Source of the DNA: Octopus sinensis | Taxonomy: Eukaryota | Assembly (NCBI RefSeq): GCF_006345805.1 | Contig: NC_043020.1 | Location: 2,232,001 to 2,296,000, forward strand | Length of the DNA: 64,000 bases | Direction: 5' to 3' | Shown here: positions 52,124 to 64,000 of the stretch, piece after piece | How positions within the stretch are numbered: the first letter of the stretch is position 1 | Layout of the letters: every line of letters starts with the position of its first letter | Program-made: the position numbers and the translations under genes | Notes under the pieces: generated by a model | What the model saw: only the letters and a program-made list of their open reading frames with translations | The model's database searches: none | What the model was told of the DNA's origin: nothing

Positions 52124-52219
52124 ACAGGTGCCTTTATGTGGCACCAGCATGTGTGCTCCTTACATGGCTCCCACAAATGGTGTTCCTTACATGGCACCAG
52201 CACAAGTGCTTTTTACAAT

Positions 52220-52510
52220 ATAGAGGGTGGCCCATAATAATGGGACACATTTCAAATGCTAGTATCTTGGATTTTTAAAATGTCATAGAGTACCAAGTAT
52301 ATTTATTACATAACTGATATACAGGAATTCGACATATTATCTAAGATCTGAATATTTTTTACAGGTAGTTGGTGTCGGTGGCGCTCATAATGTCATGGAC
52401 TCCAAAAGAAATTGCAGACACGGGCAAAGCAAACTTCACCAGCCAAAGATTCATCATTGCAGCCTAAAGAAAATTCTGATAGCATTTTGGAAAGCAACAG
52501 GGCACCATCC
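52220..52510 (+). mobile_element. Probable 5' end of a Tc1/mariner-like element
   Basis: TA-TAGAGGGTGGCCCATAATAATGGGACAC resembles a Tc1/mariner TIR; followed by an ATG (MSWTPKE). Confidence 0.4.
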
Positions 52511-52642
52511 CAAAAGGTAATCCTGCATGCGGTTGCAAACTTGCATGAGACAAGCAATGCCGAGGAAGAAAAATCCCCAGGTTGGCTTTGAATGTCTCTA
52601 TAAAAATAAAACTACAGAATAATAATAATAATAATAATAATA

Positions 52643-52697
<55 letters not shown>

Positions 52698-52699
52698 CT

Positions 52700-52892
52700 T
52701 TTCTACTACAGGCACAAGGCCTGAAATTTGGAGGAGAGGGATAGTCGATTATATCGACCCCAGTATTTCACTGGTACTTAATTTATTGACTCCAAAAAGA
52801 TGAAAGGCAGAGTCAACCTCAGTGCAATTTGAACTCAGAATGTAGCAACAGGCAAAACACCACTAAGCATTTCGTCCAACATGCTCATGATT
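52700..52892 (-). mobile_element. SINE family B-related copy next to (AAT)n
   Basis: Reverse complement contains GAGTTCAAATTGCACTGAGGTTGACTCTGCCTTTCATC. Confidence 0.75.
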
Positions 52893-53624
52893 CTGCCATC
52901 TTGCCGCCTTAATAATAATGATAATATATCTTTATAAATGTTTTTTTTTCCTTTCTCTCTTTCAAAAAAGTTAAATTGCACAAATGATTGAACACATCAC
53001 AAAAATGTCTTTGAAAGGTTTGGCAATGTTAAATCCATCAGAGATTATGAAGAGGGTTTAGGAAATTTCCATCTTAATAACATGTTTGATGCCAACCCAT
53101 CCAGTCCCACCCACCCCCAATTAAATAATACAAACCCCCAGGTCTAAAGTGAGCTAAACTAAAAGATTCCATCGAAATTTTCCAAACATCAGCTTAATAA
53201 TGATAAAGTCATTTTAACAAAATTCTTCGTTATTTTGAAGATTAATTAAAACAAAAGAAGTGCATTTCACTAGAAATATGCCAACAAAATGGTAAACCGA
53301 AACCTTGATTAGACTAAAATGCCTTTAGAATTCCATATTAAAAAATAATCCTTTCTTGTAGGAACCCCTTATCTCCGACAGATGCCACGGTATTTTGAAT
53401 ATGCTATAGGTCTTTCATCTTTCATCCTTTATTTGTCCCAGTCATTAATTTATGGCCATGCTGGGGCACTGCCTTGAAGAACTTTAGCTTTTTTCCTTCA
53501 AGCCTGGTACTTATTCTATCGGTTTTTTTCACTGAACCACTAAGTTAGGGAGATGTAAACACACCAACACCTGGTGTCAAGTGGTGATGGTGGTGGTAAC
53601 ACAGAAACAAAGATATATTCTTTA

Positions 53625-54620
53625 ATTCTTTTATTCATTTCAGTCATTTGACTGTGGCCATGCTGGAGCACTGCCTTTTAGTTGAGCAAATCAACCCCGG
53701 GACTTATTCTTCGTAAGCCTAGTACTTATTCTATCAGTCTCTTTTTCCAAACCGCTAAGTTACGGGGACATAAACACACCACCATCGGTTGTCAAGCGAT
53801 GTTGGAGGGACAAACGCACACACAAACATATACACACACACACATACACATATATACAATGTGCTTCTTTCAGTTTCCGTCCACCAAATCCACTCACAAG
53901 GCTTTGGTCGGCCTTGTGACCAAATAATAGAAGACACTTGCCCAAGGTGTCACGCAGTGGGAATGAACCCGGAACCATGTGGTTGGTAAGCAAGCTACTT
54001 ACCACACAGCCACTCCTGCACCTACAACTGGTATTAATTTATCAACTCCAACAGAATGAAAGGCAAAGTCGACTTGAGCAGAATTTGAACTCACAAAGTA
54101 AGGATGGACGAATTGCCACTAAGCATTTTGGCCATTATGCTAACAATTCTGTCAGTTTGACGCCTTATCCCAAAACTAATGTTAATTTCAAATTTTGGCC
54201 CAAGGCCAATAATTTTGGGAGAGGCGTGAAGTCGATTACATTAACCCTAGTGTTCAACTGGTACTTAATTTTATCAACCCCGAAAGGATGAAAGGCAAAG
54301 TTGATCTCAGAAGAATTTGAACTCAGAATGTAAAGACAGATAAAATATCACTAAGTAGTTTGTCTGGCGAGCAAAGAATTCTACCAGCTCACCACCATAT
54401 TGTCTTTACTAATACTGGTTCCAAATTTTGGCACAAGGCCAGTAATTTCAGGGGAGGGGTAACTCAATTCGATTGACCTCAATTTTGAACTGATGTTTAT
54501 TTTATCGAACCTGAGAGGATATAAATCAAAGTCGACCTCCGCAGAATTTGAACTCAGAACATAAGGACAGATGAAATGTTGCTGAACAATTTGCCTGGCA
54601 TAATTATGGTAGCTCACTGC
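53625..54620 (-). mobile_element. SINE A (about 53625-54020) followed by three tandem, diverged B-related copies
   Basis: Repeated GATGAAAGGCAAAGT...GAATTTGAACTC motifs near 54055, 54290 and 54530. Confidence 0.75.
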
Positions 54621-55549
54621 CTAATTACTATTATTAATATTATAATTCAATTAGGGAGCATTAGTGTTGCTAATTGATATTACATTTCATTAATGCTGTA
54701 CAAATTCACTTATTGTAGACTTGTGCACTTGGTCTAATGAGGGATAGATCTAGGGCAGACTTAGGGGCTTTAATTAAACTAGGGTTATATTCGGTTCATT
54801 AACACAGTAGAAACAAATTAAGGATAACAAGAGACAGAGAGAGAGAGAGAAATAAGAGAAAGAGAGAGTGAGAAGGGCAAGGACAAGTGAGAGAGGGAGA
54901 GAGAGTGACAGTGATAGGAGGGAGAGAAAATAAAGAGAGAGAAAGCTGTGAAAAAGGAAGAGAGAAATAGAGGGAGAGATGGAGAGAGAGAGAGAGACAG
55001 ACAAAAAGAAGAGGAAGAGGAGAGAGAAGAGGGAAAAAGACAGAGAAATGGAATGACATTGATCATAGGGTTGCTCAATCAAGGACGACTAAAGGTTAAA
55101 CAGCAACTAGTGATCATATGAGCAGTAGTGGTGGTCGTGGTGGTAAGAGTGGTTGTAGTAGTAATGGTGATGGAATAAGTAGTAGTAGTAGTAGCAGCAG
55201 CGAGAGTAGTAGTAGTAGTGGGTCTGGTGACAGTGGTGGTAGAAATAGTAGCAGCTGCAGTGGTGGTAGTAGTAGTAGTAGTAGCAGCAGTAGCCGTTCA
55301 AGAATTTGGACCTGGAGATCTTCATTTCCAGCAACTCCGAGGGCCACCAACCAGTGGTGTTGGGTGTCAACGAAGAGCCCTCGACTACAACAAGACGACC
55401 AAAGTTTTTTTTTTCCAAGGTCTGGGGTCTCCCACCCCTAAGCCCTAGACCATCACCTAATCACCCTTAACCGTCTTGTTGCTTAACAACAACAACAAAC
55501 AGCAGCAGCAGTAGTAGTAGTGGTAGTAGTAGTACTGAAAGTCACTCAC

Positions 55550-55626
55550 CTGTCTCATGTTGAAAATGAGTGTATCACTGATGACCATTGGCCAGTATCT
55601 GGTCATTCGTTCAATGTGTTTCTTGG
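55550..55626 (-). CDS. INTS13: INTS13 coding exon, 77 bp, phase 1 to 0 (absent from the ORF track)
   Basis: (A)KKHIERMTRYWPMVISDTLIFNMRQ; human AKDQLEKHTRYWPMIISQTTIFNMQ. Acceptor CCATCCAG, donor GTGAGT. Confidence 0.95.
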
Positions 55627-56009
55627 CTGGATGGTCATGGGTGGATGGATGTGTGTGGCAGCAAGGAGAGAAAATTAAAAAAAAAGCAATGACAAAACAA
55701 TTTTAAAACAAATTCAAATATAATAATTAAAAATAGATAAATAAATAAATGTACTACAGGAACATAATCATGAATACAAGCAGCCAAAATGGGGTACCCC
55801 CTTAGGATCTCTAGGGTAACATCCTTCGACAGGGTGCATAGGTCAGAGGGTCTCTCCTGTTCAAGCTGTTTATTCTTTACAGTGAGAGGTCACAGCTCTG
55901 GTACTACAGACATGGGATTCCATCATTGCAGGAAAGAATTCCATGACAGATTCTTGAAGCCAAGCCAGCAGACTAGGACTACATGTTCCAATATCTCATC
56001 TAAGACACA

Positions 56010-56625
56010 GGCATAGCTGTGTGGTAAAAAGTTTGCTCCCTAACTACATGGTTCTGGGTTCAGTCCCACTGTGTGGCACCTTGGGCAAGTGTCTTCTACT
56101 ATATATTTCTTTATTGCCCACAAGGGGCTAAACATAGAGGGGACAAACAAGGACAGACAAACGGATTAAGTCGATTACATTGACCCCAGTGCGTAACTGG
56201 TACTTTATTCAGTGTTTCACTGGTACTTAATTTATCAACCTCAAAAGGATGAAAGGCAAAGTCAACCTCGGCGGAATTTGAACTCAGAACGTAACGGCAG
56301 ACGTAATACGAACAAGCATTTCGCCTGGTGCGCTAACGTTTCTGCCAGCTCACCGCCTTTTAATAGTCTTCTACTATAGCCTAGGGCCGACCAAAGCCTT
56401 GTGAGTGGATTTGGTAGATGGAAACTGAAAAAAGCCTGTCATATATACATGTATTTATATGTGTGTGTGTCTTTGTATCTACTTAACAACTGGTATCGGT
56501 GTGTTTACTTCCCCATGACTTAGTGGTTTAGCAAAAGAGACTGATAGAAAAATTACCAGGCTTATAAAAAAATGGGCCTGGATCAATTCTTTCTGCTAAA
56601 GTTCTTCAAGGCAAGTGGTTAGAAA
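56010..56625 (+). mobile_element. SINE A with a nested antisense SINE B (about 56104-56365)
   Basis: TSD GTCTTCTACTATA at 56091-56103 and 56366-56378. Confidence 0.85.
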
Positions 56626-56829
56626 GTTACAGGAGAGAATCCTAACACAGATTCTTCAAGCTGAGACCAAGAACAAGATGGATGGACAATATCCAAAGTC
56701 TAATGATGGTTGCTTCTGATAGGAACCTTATAGAAGAGGAGCCTGAGGATTCTACCCCTCTTTGACACTCCCGGGAAGAATGGAAAGCAAACATGGATGG
56801 ATGGATGGATGGATATTTTTCTCTCTTCT

Positions 56830-57172
56830 TTTTCTGTCTTGCACATTACTCAGCAACCTTCATTGTGTCCATCACCATAACCTTGCCAAAGCATGCTCAA
56901 TGTTTCTGTAGCAGATTCCCCAAGTTTAGCGCAAAGTTTCACATTGGCTCTATGTTCCAACTTCCAGCCCATGACAGAAATCACAGACTAAAAGCATAAA
57001 CGGGATCACAAGAACACAAATTTCACAACCTGCAAAGTAAACACAACAATGTCACTTGGCACACTCAGCCTCATGAAGGTCACCACTATCCCTCATTGTG
57101 CATGCAACTGCGTGCTGCCACCTGTTGGCATGCTACAGAACTAGTCTGGGAACTTTTTGATACCACCTCATA
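56830..57172 (-). mobile_element. Mariner-like non-autonomous end
   Basis: Minus strand begins TATGAGGTGGTATCAAAAAGTTCCCAGACTAGTT, similar to mariner TIRs. Confidence 0.55.
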
Positions 57173-57189
57173 TATTTTAGGAGCTGGCG

Positions 57190-57790
57190 CAACTGTGTGA
57201 TAATAAGACTGCTTCCCAGCCACACGGTTCAGGTTTCAATCCTAATGCATGGAACCTTGGGCAAGTATCTTCTACTACAGTCTTGGACTGACCAAAGCCT
57301 TGTGAAAGGATTAGGTAGACAGAAACTGAAAGAAGCCCTAAGGCGGTGAGCTGGCAGAAACGTTAGCACGCTAAGCAGTATTCCGTCTGTCTTTATGTTC
57401 TGGGTTCAAATTCCACCGAGGTCGACTTTGCCTTTCATCCTTTCGGGGTCGATAAATTAAGTACCAGTTACGCACTGGGGTCGAAATAATCGACTTAATC
57501 CCTTTGTCTGTCCTTGTTTGTCCCCTCTATGTTTAGCCCCTAGTGGGCAATAAAGAAATAAGAAACTGAAAGAAGCCCAATGTGTGTGTGTGTGTCCTCC
57601 ACTATACTGCTTGACAACCAGTGTTGGTTTGGTTACATCTCTGTAACTTAACGGTTTGACAAAAAGAGACTGATAAAATAAGTACTAGGCTTAAAAAAAG
57701 TGCTGGGGTCGATTCATTCGACTGAAAATTCTTCAAGGCAGTGCTCTAGCATGGTTGCAGTCAAATGACTGAAACGAGTAAAAGAATAAA
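57190..57790 (+). mobile_element. SINE A with a nested sense SINE B (57339-57560)
   Basis: 18-bp TSD AGAAACTGAAAGAAGCCC at 57321-57338 and 57561-57578. Confidence 0.87.
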
Positions 57791-58043
57791 AGAAAGACAA
57801 AATATACATATATACGATGGGCTTCTTTCAGTTTCCTTCTACCAAATTCACTTGCAAGCATTAGTCAGCTAAGGCTATAGTGGGAGACATTTGACCAAGG
57901 TACCATGCAGTGGGACTGAACCCCAAACCACATGGTCACAAACGGAACCCCTTACCAGACAGCTGTGCCTGCATGTAAAAGATTTCATTGCCTAATTAGA
58001 GTTGATCGTATTGATTGATTTTGTTAATTATTTGATTAATTAC

Positions 58044-58131
58044 CTCTCTGTATTGCAAGAAGCCCATTCTCTGGACTTGGAACAGTAGTGATTGGTGCCA
58101 ACCGATTTTCTTTCATAAATTCACCAAAATC
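58044..58131 (-). CDS. INTS13: INTS13 coding exon, 88 bp, phase 0 to 1
   Basis: DFGEFMKENRLAPITTVPSPENGLLAIQR(A); human DFGEFMRENRL. Acceptor CTTCTTCTTCAG, donor GTAATT. In frame with both neighbours. Confidence 0.95.
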
Positions 58132-58323
58132 CTGAAGAAGAAGAAGAAAAGGAAAAGAGGTAAGAAAGAAGAAGAGAGAGAGAGAGAAACTTTCAAATTT
58201 ATTGATTTTAAATGGAAACAAGATAAGAATAAAAAAAAGTGAATGTTCTAAAAGTTACATGTCTTGAAATTTTAAAATATATTGATAGACAAACTCATAG
58301 ATACAAATACATTTACCAGACAC

Positions 58324-58396
<73 letters not shown>

Positions 58397-58433
58397 TTGT
58401 GTGTGTATATGTATGTAAGTATATATCATCATC

Positions 58434-58487
<54 letters not shown>

Positions 58488-58761
58488 CTGCCATACACAG
58501 ACAACTTCAGCTTTATATAGAGAGATAGACTATGTCATACAAACACAGTCCTTCAGTTCTATCTTCTTTCAGATCAGTTGTGTTGGTGTTTATGATTTGG
58601 TTGAGAGAATTGTCATAAAAGCTGTGAACCTAGTTTGTTGTCTTTTGGCAATGATATTTTGTGTTACTCTGATTGGCCTTGAGGTTGGTGTGTCACCACT
58701 TAGGTTCCGTTGTCAACCATTCATTGCAAATAGCAGATAGGTGAATGAAAGTTAGCACAGG

Positions 58762-58919
58762 TGCAGGAGTGGCTGTTTGGTAAGTAGCTTGCTTACAAAC
58801 CACATGGTTCTGGGTTCAGTCCCACTGGATGGCACTATGGGCAAGTGTCTCCTACTAAAGCCTTGGGTTGACCAAAGCATTGTGAGTGGATTTGGTAGAC
58901 AGAAACTGAAAGAAGCCTG

Positions 58920-58954
<35 letters not shown>

Positions 58955-59165
58955 TGTGTGTCTGTTTGTCCCTCTACCACTATTGCTTGACAACCAATGT
59001 TGGTGTGTTTACATCCCGGTAACTTAGTGGTTCAGCAAAAGAGATTGATAGAATAAATACTAGGCTTACGAAGAATAAGCCCTGGGGTCGATTTGCTCAA
59101 CTAACGGCGGTGCTCCAGCATGGCCACAGTCAAATGACTGAAACAAGCAAAAGAATAAAAGAATT
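58762..59165 (+). mobile_element. SINE family A, full length
   Basis: GCAGGAGTGGCTGTTTGGTAAGTAG...GACTGAAACAAGCAAAAGAATAAAAG. Confidence 0.85.
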
Positions 59166-59664
59166 CCTTTCATCTTTGTAGGAGAATTTGCATTTAGATA
59201 ATTAACAAATGTTTCCTAAAGGTCACACTGCCATTAAGTAAGGTAAGATAATTATCTGGTGTGGGTGGTGTCTGCAGGGGAATGAGATGTAATGAAACGG
59301 TGTGATGTTTCCACATAACTACTGACATTCTGTAAGCAATTTTCGTAAGTTTGATATTTCATAAGATTGTGATATTTTGGCTTGTTTGCGATATTTAATT
59401 ATCAGAGACAATTACTGTGCCAAGCAGACATGCTTATCCAGCTCCTGAGCCTCCAGCACTGCCATTTCTAGCATGATCAGAGACCATGTAGAAGCTTCAT
59501 AATTGTTTGGTGCAGATGGGGAATATTGAATTTCCTTCTGTGCACCTGTAGTCCTAGATTAATGGTAGGTTAACAAGGGATTTAATCTCTTTTGGAATCT
59601 GGATCTTAATCCAGAGGTTTTGGGATGCTAAACTCTATAAATTACATAAGAATAGTCACAGGAT

Positions 59665-60418
59665 GTGAAGGTGTATGGCTCAGTGGTTAGAGTGTTGGAC
59701 TCACAATCATGAGGTACTGAGTTCAATTGTGGACCGGGCTGTGTGTTGTGTTCTTGAGCAAGACACTTTATTTCACATTGCTCCAGTTCACTCAGCTGTA
59801 GAAATTGAGTTGCGACATCACTGGTGCCAAGTTGCATCGGTCTTTGCATTTCCTTTGGATGACATCAGTGGCATGGAGAGAGGAGGCTGGTATGCATGGG
59901 TTGCTGCTGGTCTTCCATAAACAACCCTGCCTAGACTTGTACCTCGGAGAGGAACTTTCTAGGAGCAATCCCAATGGTCATTCAAGACCGGGTCAGCCTC
60001 ACCCTTTTACCATGTCATCTTTTATTTGTTTCAGTCACTGGACCGTGACCATGTGAGGGAACCACCTTGAAGAATTTTCACTTGAATGAATAAACTCCAG
60101 TACTTATTTCTTTTAAAAGACTGGTATGTATTCTATTGATCCCTTTTGCCAAACCGCTAAGTAACGGGAATGTAAATGCACCAGAACTGGTTGTCAAACA
60201 GTGAGAAGAGACAAACAGACACAGAGACACACACATATGCATATACACACACACATGGTGGGTTTCTTTCAGTTTTGCCATACCAAATCCACTCACAAGG
60301 CTTTGGCCAGCCCAAATCCACAGAAGCAGACACATGTCCAAGATGCCACACAGAGGGACTAAATCCAGAACCATGTGGTTGAGAGGCAAGCTTCTTACCA
60401 CACAGCCACACTTGCATG
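59665..60418. mobile_element. SINE D (+, about 59665-60010) adjacent to SINE A (-, about 60015-60418)
   Basis: Homologous to the copies near 2465 and 9275. Confidence 0.75.
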
Positions 60419-60468
60419 TATCTGGCTTTTTAATATCAAGTACTGAGATTCTTGAAAGTATATGTCTC

Positions 60469-60518
<50 letters not shown>

Positions 60519-60599
60519 ATTCACTCTCTCTCTCTAACTCACTCTCTTTCTCTCTCTCACTCACTCTCTCTCTCACTCACTTTCTCTCTCTCTTACTCA

Positions 60600-60630
<31 letters not shown>

Positions 60631-60761
60631 TATGCATAATTACATACACCCATAGGAATATATATGTATAGTTAAAAATACATAAATACACACACACATA
60701 CATTATATACAGACACAAACACATACTCATATATATACATCATGTGTGTTTATATATACAT

Positions 60762-60795
<34 letters not shown>

Positions 60796-60883
60796 TGTGA
60801 CGTATATAACTCGCTCTGAGATTTATCATTATATATATATATAAGCATATGTATATGTGTATATATATAAGTATATGTATATG

Positions 60884-60925
<42 letters not shown>

Positions 60926-61854
60926 CATATATATCATGAATGCGTGTATACATACACATGTACATATGATGACACAGATATTTTATACACACTGACATTC
61001 ACTTCCACGCACATATATATATACATCTGTTCATGTTTATCCTGTTATACATCCATGGATTTACCTGAAGCTATAATTATGTGCATCAACTGCAATAAAT
61101 CTGCATAAAACCTGTGCATTTAACAACTTTGAATTCATTATTCCAAAGTATTTACTGAGCACTTTAAAAGTCCATCAATGCATCCACCAAAACACCACCA
61201 CCACCACACCCTACCATCACCACCACCACCACCACCACCACCACACCCTACCATCACCACCACCACCATCACCACCACAACACCCTACCACCACCACCAC
61301 CACCACCACCACCACCGCCACAACTCTAATCACTATGAACATCACCACCACCATGACCACAACCACTACTATTACTACCCACCGCTACTATCACCACCAC
61401 CATCATCACTACTGCCACTATGAGCACTACCACCATCATCACCATCGCTGCCGCCACTACCAACACACTGCACCACCCCAAATCATCACTACACTGGCTA
61501 TTAATGCTGTGATTATAACATCATAACATCTACCATTATCCACTGCTTATACCATCACCTATACCACCCTTCCCACACCGCCGCCGCCGCCGCCGCCGCC
61601 ACCGCCACCGCCACCGCCACCGCCACCACCACCACTACTACTGCTGCTGCTCAGCATTTACATCAAAGCCAACATTATTACCTACTTCCCCTCCTAATAT
61701 CATACCATCAATACCATTCCAACCACTGCAATTCTCACTACCATCAGGAACAGGAATGGCTGTCTGGTTGAGATGCTGGCTTTGCAATCACCTGTTCTGT
61801 GGGTGAACTTGATGGAGGGAAACTGTGTGGAAGCCTGTCATGTGTGTGTATATT

Positions 61855-62248
61855 ACTCTTTACTCTTTTACTTGTTTCAGTCATTTGACTGTGGCCATGC
61901 TGGAGTACCGCCTTTAGTCGAGCAAATCGACCCCAGGACTTAGTCTTTGTAAGCCTAGTACTTATTCGATCGGTCTCTTTTGCCAAACCGCTAAGTTACG
62001 GGGACGTAAACACACCAACATTGGGTGTCAAGCGATGTTGGTGAGACAAACACAGACACACACATATATATATATATACATATATACGACAGGCTTCTTT
62101 CAGTTTCCATCTACCAAATCCACTCACAAGGCTTTGGTTGGCCCAAAGCTATAGTAGAAGACACTTGCCCAAAGTGCCATGCAGTGGGACTGAACCTGGA
62201 ACCATGTGGTTGGTAAGCAAGCTACTTACCACACAGCCACTACTGCAC
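61855..62248 (-). mobile_element. SINE family A, full length, relatively young
   Basis: Close to the apparent consensus, with many CpGs retained. Confidence 0.85.
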
Positions 62249-62541
62249 ATACCCATTTTTCCATCTTCAGTCACATTGTCGTTTACATTAATGTATTTGG
62301 ATATGAAATGTAACCAAGTTAGAACTAGCTAAAATTTCAACAGAAAATCTGTAGAGATTGCCTTAACATGTGATTTAATAGCACTGCTAACACAGGAAGA
62401 CACAGTATTTATAGCACTGCTAACACAGGAAAAGACAGCATTGACTTACAAGCCATTTAATATACCTTGCAGTGTATTATGGTTACATAACAAAATATGG
62501 TGTCCCTAAAAGTCATTCTCAAAATATAAAGGTAAACTCAC

Positions 62542-62720
62542 TGTGATTCTGTAATCTGTCACTCGTCCACCACTGCCCTCACTGATGGAGGGAGGGTCTT
62601 CCAATATTGACCGGCATATCGAGAGGGTGTGGATGAAGATTTCACCTCCATGACTGGCCAACATATGAGATATGACCTTTGTACCTGACTTTCGTGGTTG
62701 TTCTAACATCACAGCACGCC
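62542..62720 (-). CDS. INTS13: INTS13/asunder coding exon (most 5' exon visible), 179 bp, phase 1 to 0
   Basis: Translates (G)[59 protein letters not shown], close to human INTS13 [31 protein letters not shown]...[21 protein letters not shown] as recalled. Acceptor CTTTTATTTCAG, donor GTGAGT. Confidence 0.96.
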
Positions 62721-62749
62721 CTGAAATAAAAGAGACGATACAGAGTACA

Positions 62750-62825
62750 GATGGTAAAAAGAGCATAACCGATGGTTAAAAAAAGCATAACCGATGGTTA
62801 AAAAGTGCATAACCGATGGTAAAAA
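62750..62825. repeat. 22-bp tandem repeat (about 3.5 units), each with an internal palindrome TAACC-GAT-GGTTA
   Basis: GCATAACCGATGGT at 62763, 62785 and 62807. Confidence 0.9.
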
Positions 62826-63325
62826 TAAGAGTGACTGAACAAAGGAAGATTAAAGTGTGTATGTGTATATGTGTATACATGACAAATATTCTAGACATGG
62901 GTGTTGCCTGTGGCAGGGCAGACCTGGACCGTACTGTAGACACATATTGTGTGGGAAAATTATAATGTCATACCTGTAATCATGAAAAAAGGAGGAACAG
63001 GATGAAACTTAAAAGCATAATGAAAAAAGAGAGGAGAAAAAAAATTAATGAAAATTTTTTAAAAACTTAAAATAACTGAACGATACAACAAAGGACACAT
63101 ATACACATATATATGCATATAGATTTATATATGTCTAAATACATATATTCACACACACATACATACATACATACATACATACACATATATACACAAACAA
63201 TAACATATCTGTGTATATATGTGTACACATATAAATTTACATACTTATATTAATATGCAATTTTTTATAATGTACGTAAGGATGTGTGTGTGTATGTGTG
63301 TGTGTATGTGTGTGTGCATGTGTAA

Positions 63326-63357
<32 letters not shown>

Positions 63358-64000
63358 ACACATATATACACACTGATGTACATGTGAATGGATGTTTGCA
63401 GATGTATGCATGCACATCTGTGTGTGTATTTGTGTGTGAGTGATAGTGTGTACGATGTGTATAGATGTATGTGTGTATGTACATATCTGTGTACACATAC
63501 ATACACAAACACACAGTTTGAAGAACATGTTATGTATGTATTTATATGTCTGTGAATCTACATAAGCATGTGGTCTTGTATGTAGTGTGTGTGTGTGTAT
63601 GTGTGTGTGTGTGTGTGTGTGTGCTGTGTACAGGTGGACATATGTGTGCAGTGTCGCTTTATCATTTCATATTTTTATTTTTCAATAGGAAAAGATTTAA
63701 TATAAGTTTTTCTCTTTCCTCTTTTCATTCATTTTTTTCCTTCGTTTCATTCTAATTTTTACATTCCCAACTTATTTCATTCCAAGACATGAAGTTTTCT
63801 TCATTATTTCAATTTCTCTAAATAACAGTTTTTCACAGCAATTCTTTATAAATACTGCCCAATTTGTTCTGCCAGAGGAAACATATTTTTATCTTTATTT
63901 TTTATCTTTTACTTGTTTCAGTCACTGGATTGTGGCCTTGCTGGAGCAATGCCTTGGAAGGCTTCGTAAAACAAATCAACCCCAGTACTTTTTTCAAGTC

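Larger units (their letters stand above)
29396..62720 (-). other. INTS13: INTS13 partial gene span; introns 58132-62541 (4410 bp), 55627-58043 (2417 bp), 42239-55549 (13311 bp), 29621-42080 (12460 bp)
   Basis: Five exons in the same order as the human protein, compatible splice phases, canonical GT-AG ends. Confidence 0.93.

Overview
Eukaryotic, extremely repeat-rich DNA, very likely from an octopus (inferred from the tRNA-SINE families and the density of (TA)n, (CA)n, (AAT)n, (GGT)n and (GAT)n microsatellites). The only host gene I can support is INTS13/asunder (Integrator subunit 13) on the minus strand. Five GT-AG coding exons (62542-62720, 58044-58131, 55550-55626, 42081-42238, 29396-29620) join in frame across introns of 2.4-13.3 kb. 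Its 5' exons presumably lie to the right of the window, and I could not find its terminal exons. The rest is dead or non-autonomous mobile DNA: several tRNA-derived SINE families (often nested or multimeric), R4/Dong-like LINE pieces next to (TAA)n, other RLE-LINE and RTE 3' ends, Tc1 and maT/mariner remnants, a Helitron-like element, and short Penelope-like ends. The most interesting signals are (1) several hammerhead-ribozyme-like motifs, one with a canonical core and a long stem II, plus a three-copy family with a variant CUGUAGA core; (2) two long intronic inverted repeats whose mismatches are all A-C in the INTS13-sense RNA; (3) a Helitron-like element flanked by an 83-bp direct duplication; and (4) SINE multimers with an identical junction at two loci. 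Almost all ORFs in the supplied track are microsatellite artefacts. Repeat boundaries are approximate and family names come from recalled motifs, not database searches.
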